A stretch of DNA of 64,000 nucleotides, taken from NCBI GenBank assembly GCA_040879145.1, contig JBBDKX010000036.1, positions 434 through 64,433 of the forward strand, read 5' to 3'. This document shows positions 1 to 9,166 of the stretch, piece by piece. Below the pieces are notes generated by a model, which was not told the DNA's origin, did no database searches, and worked only from the letters and a program-made list of their open reading frames with translations. Numbering within the stretch: position 1 is the first letter of the stretch; each line of letters opens with the position of its first letter. The position numbers were made by a program, and so were the translations under genes. Source of the DNA: Candidatus Spechtbacterales bacterium (GTDB lineage Bacteria > Patescibacteriota > Minisyncoccia > Spechtbacterales > 2-12-FULL-38-22).

Positions 1-401
1 GTGACTCTTTCACTAATGGTCGCCCAATTCGTAAGTGTTCCCCCAAACCAACGATTTACCAGATAAGGCATTCCTACAGCTTCGGCTGTTTCTTTAACCG
101 CCTCGCGCATAGGAAGCTTGGTTCCCACAAACAATATAACCTTTCCCTCTTCTGCAAGGCTTTTTATAACCTCCAGGGCCTCATCAAGTTTTTCACTTGT
201 GCGAGCAACATCTATGATGTGTACATTGTTTCGCACACCAAAAATATACGGAAACATCCCCGGATGAACATGGCTTTTTAGGTGTCCAAATTGAACCCCA
301 GCCTCAATAAATACCCTTAACTCTTTGGGTATGTCTGCTATATTTTCTTCTTCTGTTTTTTTAACCTCAGCTTCTGAGGTCTCTTTTTTGGTTTTTGGCA
401 T
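1..401 (-). CDS. rpsB: 30S ribosomal protein S2, partial (N-terminal part; gene continues beyond window start)
   Basis: Reverse translation gives MPKTKKET...GVQFGHLKSHVHPGMFPYIFGVRNNVHIID...ILFVGTK...GMPYLVNRWFGGTLTNW, a classic S2 N-terminal region; ATG at 399-401. Confidence 0.85.
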   Translation of the reverse strand, partial: MPKTKKETSEAEVKKTEEENIADIPKELRVFIEAGVQFGHLKSHVHPGMFPYIFGVRNNVHIIDVARTSEKLDEALEVIKSLAEEGKVILFVGTKLPMREAVKETAEAVGMPYLVNRWFGGTLTNWATISERV

Positions 402-491
402 ATGCTTGAAAGTATACCTAAAAAAAATTTTTATGGCAACCCCTCTCTACAAAATTGATAAAAAAAAGAACCCGTTGTCAGCAGGTTCTTT

Positions 492-1439
492 TCAAAGTTC
501 TTTGTTGTTGTCACAATCCACACAATCATCAACATCCTCGGTTCTTTCATAATCTTCAATATGGTCAAGGTGATTTTTAATCAAGCTTTCATCATCAGTT
601 CCAAATATGCGGCGCCTAATAAGGTCTTTAAGCATAAATTTTCCACCGGCTCCGACTCCGAGTATAATAATTGTTATCATAAAGAACGGTGTAATAAATC
701 TTGGCAATCCAGCCACATCCAAGGCATTCAATATATATACCCCTGCTGTGAATACGGTAACACCCAACGCAACCAGTTCTCCGTGTCTTTTTTGCGGGAT
801 ACCCGGCCTTACTATAGCAAATATGACATTATGCGCGACATAGCTGGATAAAATAATACTGTAACTCCATAAGTAGTCATCAACAAGCCGGACGCCTCCA
901 AAAGCATCTACCGTTAAGAGCATCAGTATAATGCCTGTGGTATATACGCTTAAAAAATAGAGGGCGCTATTGTGCCTTTTGCGCTGCACTTTTGGCAAAG
1001 TTATGATTTTCGCAATTGATGCTAAGGTAATTATAGCCACTGTAATATCGATAGCTACAAAAGCCGCGTCCGGCATAATTTTGAAATTCCAAAACTGGAA
1101 ACCTGCCAACAGTCCTACAAAAAACAGTACAGCAACGAAGCCCGTACCAACAAACTCGCCGTAAGAAGGCTGTGTTTTGGCATTGCCATTACTGTTCTTT
1201 TTTTCTATCTGCTCTTTTCTCTTTCTTTCCCTGTACAAAAGCGTACTTAAGAGAGAATAAGATAAATCAGCTGCCGCATAGGCCGCAACCACAGACGGTA
1301 AAAGAATCTCATCTGTAAAGCGCTTTCCTGTTGCGGACCAAAAAACAAGCGCTGTTATCAGAAGAGTAAAAATCATAACCGCCCAACGCAACACGGGGAT
1401 AGCATCGCTTGGCGTTCTTTTTCCTATGAAATCCTTCAT
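492..1439 (-). CDS. hypothetical polytopic membrane protein
   Basis: 315-aa ORF with multiple hydrophobic helices; no recognisable motif. Confidence 0.55.
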   Translation of the reverse strand: MKDFIGKRTPSDAIPVLRWAVMIFTLLITALVFWSATGKRFTDEILLPSVVAAYAAADLSYSLLSTLLYRERKRKEQIEKKNSNGNAKTQPSYGEFVGTGFVAVLFFVGLLAGFQFWNFKIMPDAAFVAIDITVAIITLASIAKIITLPKVQRKRHNSALYFLSVYTTGIILMLLTVDAFGGVRLVDDYLWSYSIILSSYVAHNVIFAIVRPGIPQKRHGELVALGVTVFTAGVYILNALDVAGLPRFITPFFMITIIILGVGAGGKFMLKDLIRRRIFGTDDESLIKNHLDHIEDYERTEDVDDCVDCDNNKEL

Positions 1440-1583
1440 CTTAAACCACCTCCTTTCTTTCTGGATTGTTCAAGTTCTGCTTAAATTTAAACACAATTAG
1501 TTTTTTTTGACAACAACGCAACCACAACAAGTACTCACGGACGAATAAGCTTACGTCTTTCTTTATTTAGCCATACAAGGGGT

Positions 1584-1612
1584 TTACATGAAATTATATT
1601 TGCTATATAATA
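1584..1612 (+). promoter_or_regulatory. sigma70-like promoter upstream of rpmE (TTTACA-17-TATAAT)
   Basis: tttaca tgaaattatatttgcta tataat directly 5' of rpmE. Confidence 0.4.
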
Positions 1613-1642
1613 TTTTTGTTTGTTACACATTTAATATTATTC

Positions 1643-1900
1643 ATGAAAAAAGGAATACATCCCGAATACCATACAAAAGCAAAAGTAAAGTGCGCTTGCG
1701 GCACTGAATTTATAGTTGGCTCTACACTTAAAGAAACTGAAGTTGAAACCTGCAGCAGGTGCCACCCCCTGTACACAGGACAGGAACGCGGAGCTATTAA
1801 AGGAGGACGTGTTGAAAAATTCCAGGAACGTCTCCAGAAAAAAGAGGGCTACAAGAAAAAATCTGAAAAACGAGCACGAAAAACCGAAGAAAAAACCTAA
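1643..1900 (+). CDS. rpmE: 50S ribosomal protein L31
   Basis: [10 protein letters not shown]...CxC...[10 protein letters not shown] motif set typical of L31; the track ORF is extended upstream. Confidence 0.9.
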   Translation: MKKGIHPEYHTKAKVKCACGTEFIVGSTLKETEVETCSRCHPLYTGQERGAIKGGRVEKFQERLQKKEGYKKKSEKRARKTEEKT

Positions 1901-2024
1901 GCTCGCTTCGCTCGCTTAAACCGCTGATAAATGCAGATAAAGCTGATAAGATGCGGATAGTATCGGCATAGAATCTGTTAAAATCAGCATAAATCCGCGG
2001 TTATTGTGAGGCAAAGCCGAACAG
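1901..2024 (+). repeat. intergenic repeat family R1, copy A (head gctcgcttcgc + phased GCNGAT/ATCNGC array + ttattgtgagg..gccgaaca tail), ending at the prfA start codon
   Basis: About 80% identical to copies at 42873-43002 (+) and 51780-51903 (-). Confidence 0.65.
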
Positions 2025-3071
2025 ATGATGGCCTCTGAAGAAAGAAAAAAAATAAAAGAAGAGTATGATTCTATTACAAATAGCCTCTCGTCTCAAGAGG
2101 TTATTTCGGATCATAAAAAATTACAGGAACTTTCAAAGAGGCATCGTGAACTAAAAGAGTTGCTTGATATACAGGAAAAAATAGTTAAAGTTGAAAAAGA
2201 AATACAGGAAAATGAGCAAATAGCCGAAAGTGAGACTGAAGAAGAACTCAAAACGATGGCAGAAGAAGAACTTGAAAAAGACAAGATTTTGCTGGATGGC
2301 TTACAAAACGACTTAAATGAAAAACTATATCCTGAGCCGGGCGCGCATATTAATGAGGTAATTATGGAAATACGAGCGGGAGTAGGCGGAGATGAGGCAG
2401 CGCTTTTTGCGCAAAATCTTTTTAATATGTATACAAGATACGCGGAGCTAAACGGATGGAAATTAAATATCATAGAGGAAAGTATAAGTGATCTAAAGGG
2501 TATAAAAGATGTAACACTTGAAATATCCGGTGAGGGGGTGTATTCAAAACTCAAAAATGAGAGCGGAGTGCACAGGGTGCAAAGAGTGCCTGAAACCGAA
2601 AAAAACGGCAGATTACATACCTCAAGCGCCTCTGTGGCGGTTTTACCCAAAGCGAAGCCTATAGATATTGAAATAAAACCGGAAGATGTAAAAATTGAAA
2701 CTTTTCGTTCTTCAGGGCCGGGAGGGCAAAATGTCAACAAAGTAGAAACAGCTGTGCGTGTAATACATATACCTTCCGGTATTGCTGTAGCATCCCAAGT
2801 GCACAAAAAACAAGCGCAAAACAAAGAAGCTGCCATGACACTGCTGAGAAGCCGCCTGCTTCAGCAAAAGCAGGAAGAGGCAGAAAGAAAGATACGTGCC
2901 GAAAGAAAAGAGCAGATAGGTTCCGGGGACAGAAGTGAAAAAATAAGAACCTACAACTTCCCGCAAGACAGAGTAACAGACCACAGAATAAACCACTCAT
3001 GGCATGGCATTGATAAAATTATGGCCGGTTACATTGACGAAATAGTTGCAGAAATAAGAAAAGAATTGTAA
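2025..3071 (+). CDS. prfA: peptide chain release factor 1
   Basis: SGPGGQNVNK GGQ motif and an RVQRVPETE PxT-type loop (here PET); 348 aa. Confidence 0.92.
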   Translation: MMASEERKKIKEEYDSITNSLSSQEVISDHKKLQELSKRHRELKELLDIQEKIVKVEKEIQENEQIAESETEEELKTMAEEELEKDKILLDGLQNDLNEKLYPEPGAHINEVIMEIRAGVGGDEAALFAQNLFNMYTRYAELNGWKLNIIEESISDLKGIKDVTLEISGEGVYSKLKNESGVHRVQRVPETEKNGRLHTSSASVAVLPKAKPIDIEIKPEDVKIETFRSSGPGGQNVNKVETAVRVIHIPSGIAVASQVHKKQAQNKEAAMTLLRSRLLQQKQEEAERKIRAERKEQIGSGDRSEKIRTYNFPQDRVTDHRINHSWHGIDKIMAGYIDEIVAEIRKEL

Positions 3072-3075
3072 AATA

Positions 3076-3168
3076 GCAATCCATCGGCAAGCTCAGGATA
3101 CTGAGTTTATCGAAGTATAGAAAATCCATCGGCAAGCTCAGGATACTGAGTTTATCTAAGTATGGAAA
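3076..3168. repeat. tandem direct repeat, 2 x ~46 bp
   Basis: aatccatcggcaagctcaggatactgagtttatcgaagtatagaaa repeated with 3 mismatches immediately after the prfA stop. Confidence 0.7.
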
Positions 3169-3392
3169 TCCTGGCGCTTAAAATATCGGCTCCATGGAAA
3201 CGTTCCTTAATTGTTCCTTAACAACCCTACGACCACTTCAAACTTGAGAGCATAAGCTTTCATTTATTAACGCTTATAAAACTAATTTTTATCCGGCTCT
3301 CAATTTGAAGTTCAGACTTGCAGTTTTAAATATGGTTTTTAAAAATTTGTTTAAACCTGTAAGTCTCGATTGAGAATAGGACAACCTCTACC

Positions 3393-4100
3393 ATGCAAAA
3401 CGACAACAAAGTGCTATTGCCACATCTTACGCAAACAACAGAAAATATTTCAGCCAGCTCTGCTCAAAATAGCGGACAGACAACGCAAAGCTTCAATTCA
3501 AATTTCATAGTAACAGTAGCTGATTCAGGCGCAACTGAACTATCCGGACCTCGATTTCATGAAAAAACACAGAAAACAGAAAAATCCTACAACAATGGGT
3601 GGGGTGGAAAAATAAAAAACACCCTAAAGAAAAAAAAATCTGTTATTGTAGCATTTGGAATTATTCTTACTTCCATCGTGGGAGGAGTTCTTCTTGCAAG
3701 TACGCTTAACTCAGGAACAGAAAGCCTGCAGTCAAACTTAACTGCGGCAGTAAATACTGAGACAGTAGTAACAACAAATAATACAAGCACGCTGAATATT
3801 ACATCTGAAAGCGCGACGGGAGAAATCACACAAACTGCAAGTTACGGCGAAGGTACAACTCATCTTGCCAGAAAAGCTGTATCTGAATACCTTGCTGTAA
3901 GCGGTGTTGAACTAAACGCGGAACAAAAAATATACGCGGAAGATTACTTGCGAAAAGCAACAGGCTCACAATCTCTTGAAGAAGGAGATGTGTTAATATT
4001 CGCGGCAAGCAACATAAAATCCGCTGTTGATGCCTCACTGGCACTCCAAGAGTGGCAACTAAACAACCTTTCCCAGTACACACAAAACGTACAGTTATAA
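3393..4100 (+). CDS. hypothetical membrane-anchored protein, Ser/Thr/Asn-rich
   Basis: 235-aa ORF with a single TM helix (VIVAFGIILTSIVGGVLLA), followed by a terminator. Confidence 0.5.
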   Translation: MQNDNKVLLPHLTQTTENISASSAQNSGQTTQSFNSNFIVTVADSGATELSGPRFHEKTQKTEKSYNNGWGGKIKNTLKKKKSVIVAFGIILTSIVGGVLLASTLNSGTESLQSNLTAAVNTETVVTTNNTSTLNITSESATGEITQTASYGEGTTHLARKAVSEYLAVSGVELNAEQKIYAEDYLRKATGSQSLEEGDVLIFAASNIKSAVDASLALQEWQLNNLSQYTQNVQL

Positions 4101-4107
4101 AACTAAA

Positions 4108-4133
4108 AACCCCGCATTGCGGGGTTTTTAGTT
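4108..4133 (+). terminator. rho-independent terminator (aaaaccccgcattgcggggttttt)
   Basis: Perfect GC stem plus a T-run after the 3393-4100 ORF. Confidence 0.6.
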
Positions 4134-4228
4134 TTATTTCAAAAGGGATCTACGCGCTCCGACGGCACTATCGTCGCCGGAACTGCGTAGTAATAAATAA
4201 TACTACATAATTTAAAAAATGTCAATAA

Positions 4229-5776
4229 TTATCGGCCTTCCAGTATGTCTATATCTCGTTGATACTCTGCCGCTCTTTTCATAACCTGGTCTCCGTAAAA
4301 CCTGTTGACACTCAAATTCCTCGTACAACTGCCTGAGTAATATATAAGCGCGGAACACCACTCAGAATTATATGTCTGGGCTCTCGCTCCACCATCGCCC
4401 AGCTTTACAGCAGAAGCGACAAAGGCGTCCAGTATAAGCCAAGGGTCCGCCGGACGTCCTAAGAGTGAAGAAACTCTGCTATGATACCCTAGCCACGTTG
4501 TCGGCAAAAATTGTGCCGGGCCCATAGCGCCTCCATAGCCAAATGGATACGGTGTATGTGCCGGACAACTAATAGATCCGTCCGCGCCTATTGTGGGCTT
4601 TGCGGAAGTTGTAATAGCATTATTAACACACATTGCAGGCCAACAAGACACTCTTGTATTATATGGATCCCGTCCAACACTTTGTGTAATTTGCAAAAAG
4701 GCCTGAACATCATTTCTTGCGTGGTCCGCTCTCATTATTCTTGGAATAAGGCTACCACTGTTTACTCCTCTTCCCATACCTGTCTCATCTACCAAAGTGC
4801 ACTGCCCAACATTTGCACCCCAAGAACTTTCCTGTTTTAAGATAGACAAAAGAAGTGCCGGGCGAACACCTGTAATTTCTCCCGCCCGCTTAGCATAGTC
4901 GTATGCCTCTTCAAAAGTTACCGCGATACCCGCGCCTTCAAGACGAAAGATTTGATTTCTAACTTCCTGTATTGTTTTTTGTTTTATCTCTGCGATTTCC
5001 CTGTATTCATATTCCTTGGACTTACTGGCATCAAGAAGATTTTCTTTTTCATCTACCTTTTCTGCAACCTGGGCTCTTTGAATAGTTTGTATTTGTAAAA
5101 ACTGTGACTGCTCATCCCTTTTTGCTTCCATTTCACGCTGTTCCTCTTCTATATCCGCCTTTATCTCTTTTACATCATCTAAGGTGAGTTTTAGCCCCTC
5201 CTGTAAATTTCTCCTTCTTGCAATATCATTAAAGAAATCCGAAAGCGTGTCCCCCATCAATAAAATTTCTACAGATGAAGTGTCTTCCATCTTATAAAGC
5301 CCTAAAATAATACTGCTCAAAAGTTGTTTTTGTTTCTCTTCCTTTTCACTTAACTCTTCTATTGCCTGCTGGTTTGTACTAATAGCAACCCCGGTTTGCT
5401 GTATTACCAGTTGAGTCTGTTGCTGTTGTAGGCGTATTTTTCTTATCTCTGCCTCAAGTATGGCAATATCTCTTTCATAACTTGCAGCTTCCTGACTATG
5501 TTTGTTTAATTCACCCTGTATTTCGTTAAGTTCCGCCTGAAGAAGTTCCAGCTGTTGTTGTAATTCTTTTTTTTCCTGTTCTATGGTTTTTTGATTTGTC
5601 GCAGAACCCTCCTCCTGGGCAAGCCCCGTAAAACCAAAAGAAAACACTGCAAAAGCAATAAAAAAAACCGATACAGACAAGCACATTACCAAAACGTTAA
5701 AGCGTCGCAGGCAGTGTGTATCTACCGGTTTTTTATTTATATTAAATTTTAGAGGGTCCTTTTTCATTATCCCCAT
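4229..5776 (-). CDS. coiled-coil protein with a C-terminal lytic transglycosylase-like (MltB/SLT) domain, N-terminal TM anchor
   Basis: GAMGPAQFLPTTW motif typical of lytic murein transglycosylases, and a long Q/E-rich coiled coil. The track ORF start at 5842 overlaps rplY, so an internal Met at 5776 is more likely. Confidence 0.65.
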   Translation of the reverse strand: MGIMKKDPLKFNINKKPVDTHCLRRFNVLVMCLSVSVFFIAFAVFSFGFTGLAQEEGSATNQKTIEQEKKELQQQLELLQAELNEIQGELNKHSQEAASYERDIAILEAEIRKIRLQQQQTQLVIQQTGVAISTNQQAIEELSEKEEKQKQLLSSIILGLYKMEDTSSVEILLMGDTLSDFFNDIARRRNLQEGLKLTLDDVKEIKADIEEEQREMEAKRDEQSQFLQIQTIQRAQVAEKVDEKENLLDASKSKEYEYREIAEIKQKTIQEVRNQIFRLEGAGIAVTFEEAYDYAKRAGEITGVRPALLLSILKQESSWGANVGQCTLVDETGMGRGVNSGSLIPRIMRADHARNDVQAFLQITQSVGRDPYNTRVSCWPAMCVNNAITTSAKPTIGADGSISCPAHTPYPFGYGGAMGPAQFLPTTWLGYHSRVSSLLGRPADPWLILDAFVASAVKLGDGGARAQTYNSEWCSALIYYSGSCTRNLSVNRFYGDQVMKRAAEYQRDIDILEGR

Positions 5777-5795
5777 TATAGCACAACAGAGAAAT

Positions 5796-6542
5796 TTATT
5801 CGGAGTCTTCCTCAGCTTCGCGTTCTTCTCTCTTTTCTTCACTTTCTGTCTTTATTTCAGCAATCTTATCATCTTCATCTCCCTCAAGAGTTTCGTCTTC
5901 TTCTTCTTCCGGTTCTTCCTCGCGCGGTTCTTCTATCTTAAATACAACTTCATCCTGTTCAACTTGGGCAGTAACTGTTGAAGGAAGGTTAAGGTCCTGA
6001 ACCAATATAGAATCTTCTATGTTTTCTAATACGGAAATATCCACCTCAACTCCATGTATAAGATCCTTCGGTAGTGCCTTAATGGGTAGCTCGTACATGT
6101 TTTGAACCAAAACACCTCCCTGCTCTTTAACAGCGGGGGCCTCGTTAATACTCTCAATATCAATAGAAATTTCAATTTCCGTATCCATAGGAAGCTGATA
6201 AAAATCAATGTGAACAAATTCCCCACTTACAGGATGTACCTGTACATCACGTACAAGAACAACGTTATCCTCCTCCTCCTGTTTTTGTGCCTGTGTGTCC
6301 TTATTATCTTCTCCTCTTTCTTTTTCTGCTTCAGACTCCTCTGTCTTTACTTTCATATCTAACGCTATCAAAGTTGTTTCTCCCGCCTCTTTATAGACAT
6401 TTAAAAACGTCTTCTTATTCACAGAAAGAGATATTGGTTTTATCCTGGGGCCATACATAACACCGGGAATTGAACCTTCCTTTAGAAGGTCTTTTGCTTT
6501 TATTTTATCAGGGTCTCGTTTTTTTACTTTTAGATGCAACAT
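5796..6542 (-). CDS. rplY: 50S ribosomal protein L25 / general stress protein Ctc, with an acidic C-terminal tail
   Basis: N-terminal MLHLKVKKRDPDKIKAKDLLKEGSIPGVMYG..., characteristic of L25/Ctc, and an E/D-rich tail. Confidence 0.8.
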   Translation of the reverse strand: MLHLKVKKRDPDKIKAKDLLKEGSIPGVMYGPRIKPISLSVNKKTFLNVYKEAGETTLIALDMKVKTEESEAEKERGEDNKDTQAQKQEEEDNVVLVRDVQVHPVSGEFVHIDFYQLPMDTEIEISIDIESINEAPAVKEQGGVLVQNMYELPIKALPKDLIHGVEVDISVLENIEDSILVQDLNLPSTVTAQVEQDEVVFKIEEPREEEPEEEEDETLEGDEDDKIAEIKTESEEKREEREAEEDSE

Positions 6543-6691
6543 GGTTTTGTTCGGCTCCGTCTCACAAAAAGTATAAAGTATAGAGTATGAAGTATAAAGG
6601 GTGCTTGTAAAAAGCTTTGCTCTATACTTTATACTGTATACTCTATACCTGAACGAGCGTGAAGCGCGAGTTTTAAGCTCGCGGAGCGAGC

Positions 6692-7024
6692 TTATTCTTC
6701 TAATGCCTTGTGGAGCTCCAGAACATCATCAGCTGTTATGGGCTTCATCTTCTTAAACTTATCTATATCTTCTTTTGCCATATCCGTCAACATGCCAACC
6801 GTTGTTACAAATCCGGTTCCACTCTTTAAGACGAAAACTATAGCAGAACTCTTGCACTCTGAACACTGTGTATATATATGGCTCAATTCCGGTTTGCGCG
6901 CCAAAACATGCGCGTTTCTTGCCTGAAAAGAAATTCCGCAAACCGAGCAATTTCCTATATATTTAAACTCGAAGTCTGTCTTGCGCATAAGTGATATATT
7001 ATTATAAATACCGCTGAATGTCAA
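6692..7024 (-). CDS. hypothetical small protein with CxxC...CxxC zinc-ribbon-like cysteines
   Basis: 110 aa; CSVCG and CSEC pairs. Confidence 0.45.
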   Translation of the reverse strand: MTFSGIYNNISLMRKTDFEFKYIGNCSVCGISFQARNAHVLARKPELSHIYTQCSECKSSAIVFVLKSGTGFVTTVGMLTDMAKEDIDKFKKMKPITADDVLELHKALEE

Positions 7025-7026
7025 AG

Positions 7027-7893
7027 CTATGCCTTGCCTGCTGCTCCAAATATTTCTAATTTCTGCTTTACAACCTCAGCTACCGCATTTCTGGCTACAT
7101 CAAGATACTTATAGGGAGCAACTTCATCTGGGTTTTCCTCCAGGGATTTACGCAAAGCATCTGTATAAGCAACTCTGAGCTCTGTTGATATGTGTATGTT
7201 GTTAAACCCCATATCTACCAGTTTTTTCATATCCTCATCGCTAATACCGCTGCCTCCATGCAATACAAATGTCACATCGGGCAAAGCAGCTCTTAGTTTT
7301 TCAACAAGTTCAAAACGAATTTGTGGCTTATTGGCAGCGATACCGTGTAAGTTTCCAATAACCGGCGCGAAGCGGTCTATACCTGTACGCTCAACAAATT
7401 CCACGGCCTGCTCCGGTTGTGTATAGCTGTCCTCCGGTATTTCAACAACCTCTTTATATATTTTAGAGGACTCGGTCGCAAAATATCCGAGTTCTCCTTC
7501 TACTTCAACCTCGGGCCGCGTGCTTTTTACATAGTCCACAACCTTTTTCACGCCTTCTATATTATCCTTATAACTTTCTTTTGAAAGGTCCGCATGTACT
7601 GAGTCATATCCGGCTTCAAACGCCTCAATAGCGGCGTCAGGGGTTTTGTGGTGATCGGCGTTCAAAAAAACAGGTATACCCTCTGTCTCTCGAAAACTCC
7701 GTACCAGATACAGTGCCTGTTTTGCGCCAACAAACTTCTGCTCCCCCTCAGATGTTCCCAAAACCACGGGGGCTTTTAATTCTCTTGCCGCGTCTAAAAT
7801 ACCGTTTAACTGGGCAAGACTGGCAAAATTGAAGTGTCCAACTGCCCATTTTTCTTTAAGCGCGCGCTTGTGTATTTCTGTAAGTGTTTCCAT
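7027..7893 (-). CDS. fba: class II fructose-bisphosphate aldolase
   Basis: HFNF..LNADHH..VLHGGSG motifs typical of class II FBA. Confidence 0.9.
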   Translation of the reverse strand: METLTEIHKRALKEKWAVGHFNFASLAQLNGILDAARELKAPVVLGTSEGEQKFVGAKQALYLVRSFRETEGIPVFLNADHHKTPDAAIEAFEAGYDSVHADLSKESYKDNIEGVKKVVDYVKSTRPEVEVEGELGYFATESSKIYKEVVEIPEDSYTQPEQAVEFVERTGIDRFAPVIGNLHGIAANKPQIRFELVEKLRAALPDVTFVLHGGSGISDEDMKKLVDMGFNNIHISTELRVAYTDALRKSLEENPDEVAPYKYLDVARNAVAEVVKQKLEIFGAAGKA

Positions 7894-7906
7894 TATAATT
7901 TTAATT

Positions 7907-9166
7907 CTATAACTGTATAGAGCCTTTGTGAAAATTATCTATAATTAATTCCTGTCTTTTTTCTTTGCCCACATATCTTTTAAATATCTCATTCCATAAA
8001 GCCTCATTCTGGTGGTAGTTGAACCTAGTAGGATCTCCCGATTTTTTTGAAACAAGAGACATCGCCGTATCTTCCATGTCAAAACTTACAAGCTGCTGCT
8101 CTCCTTCGTTATTCTCAAAATAACCTGCCACCCAGTCCAAATCATTCCAGAATTCAAGCCCTATCTCATCAAATTTTTCCCCAAAAGCAACCGCATCATC
8201 CTCTCCTCTTCTCCAGTGCAGAGATTCGGGATTTACACGGGGTAAAAATATTCTGGGATCCTCTGGGTCTACTTTCCATAAATACCGCTGAACAATAAGC
8301 CACTCCCCTTTTCCAATGGAATTTTTTTCGGGAACATCGCCACGCAAGAATGATAAAAATCTTTCATTAAATTCAGGGGTTTCCGCGTGTTTTTGAAAAA
8401 GCCTACTGTAAAAACTAACTTCATGAAAATAGTGGAAAAATAAAGCAAAATCACGCAAAAGCGCGCCATGCGCATTCTGATCTATCGGGTTTAAAAATAT
8501 AACTCCAAACTCCTTAAGATGACTTACGTTGTGGTGTTTTTTTGCCACAAATTTTCTGGCTATCTCTTCCCACTCTGGTCCCAAAACTCTAAGCTCTATC
8601 TGTCTTTTTTCAAAATCATCAGGTGTAAATTTTATATACGCGACGTCAAATGCCTTATGCATCCACTCATCTTTCTCTGTAAAGCGGAGCGCGCTCATAA
8701 CATCCATAACGTCCTCTTTTTCTAAAAGCTCATCTACATTTTTATATCCCAGATATTCAATAGTTCCCTCCGGAGGATATGCTCTTAATATTTCTTCTGC
8801 CTTCTCTTTTTTAAGAAAAAATCCACTGTCTTCTGATGTTATCTGATAAGCTGTGTTTCTAATTTTTTCAAACACATCCTTAACGCCTTGAGGTGTAGAA
8901 ACATCATCGCGCGTGATTCCTATATATTTATAAAGCTCTTCTTCGCCTTCATCTGCTTTGTCTGTAAGTGCGTCTATAACGTCCTCGGCCTTAGAGTTCC
9001 ATGATAACCCAAACTGCTCCAGGCGACTTTCTGTGTGCTTATCCATATCTTTTTCCATGCTTTCAATTACGCCTGATACTCCAACGATATCCTCCATATC
9101 TTTTTCAAGTTTTTCAAAAACTTCGGGGTCCACGTTTGCAATTTTTGAAAGTTTTGTTCTCGTCAT
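7907..9166 (-). CDS. hypothetical protein (419 aa) embedded in the glycolytic gene cluster
   Basis: Long intact ORF between fba and the PfkB kinase; no motif recognised. Confidence 0.55.
   Translation of the reverse strand: MTRTKLSKIANVDPEVFEKLEKDMEDIVGVSGVIESMEKDMDKHTESRLEQFGLSWNSKAEDVIDALTDKADEGEEELYKYIGITRDDVSTPQGVKDVFEKIRNTAYQITSEDSGFFLKKEKAEEILRAYPPEGTIEYLGYKNVDELLEKEDVMDVMSALRFTEKDEWMHKAFDVAYIKFTPDDFEKRQIELRVLGPEWEEIARKFVAKKHHNVSHLKEFGVIFLNPIDQNAHGALLRDFALFFHYFHEVSFYSRLFQKHAETPEFNERFLSFLRGDVPEKNSIGKGEWLIVQRYLWKVDPEDPRIFLPRVNPESLHWRRGEDDAVAFGEKFDEIGLEFWNDLDWVAGYFENNEGEQQLVSFDMEDTAMSLVSKKSGDPTRFNYHQNEALWNEIFKRYVGKEKRQELIIDNFHKGSIQL

Noticed and set aside
2111-2836. Long antisense or overlapping ORFs in the track inside prfA, uvrA, rpoB, rpoC, recA, ftsK and similar genes (for example 2111-2836, 44368-45039, 52643-53176)
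   Set aside because: They lie entirely within well-supported conserved genes on the opposite strand or in another frame, with low-complexity translations. They are shadow ORFs.
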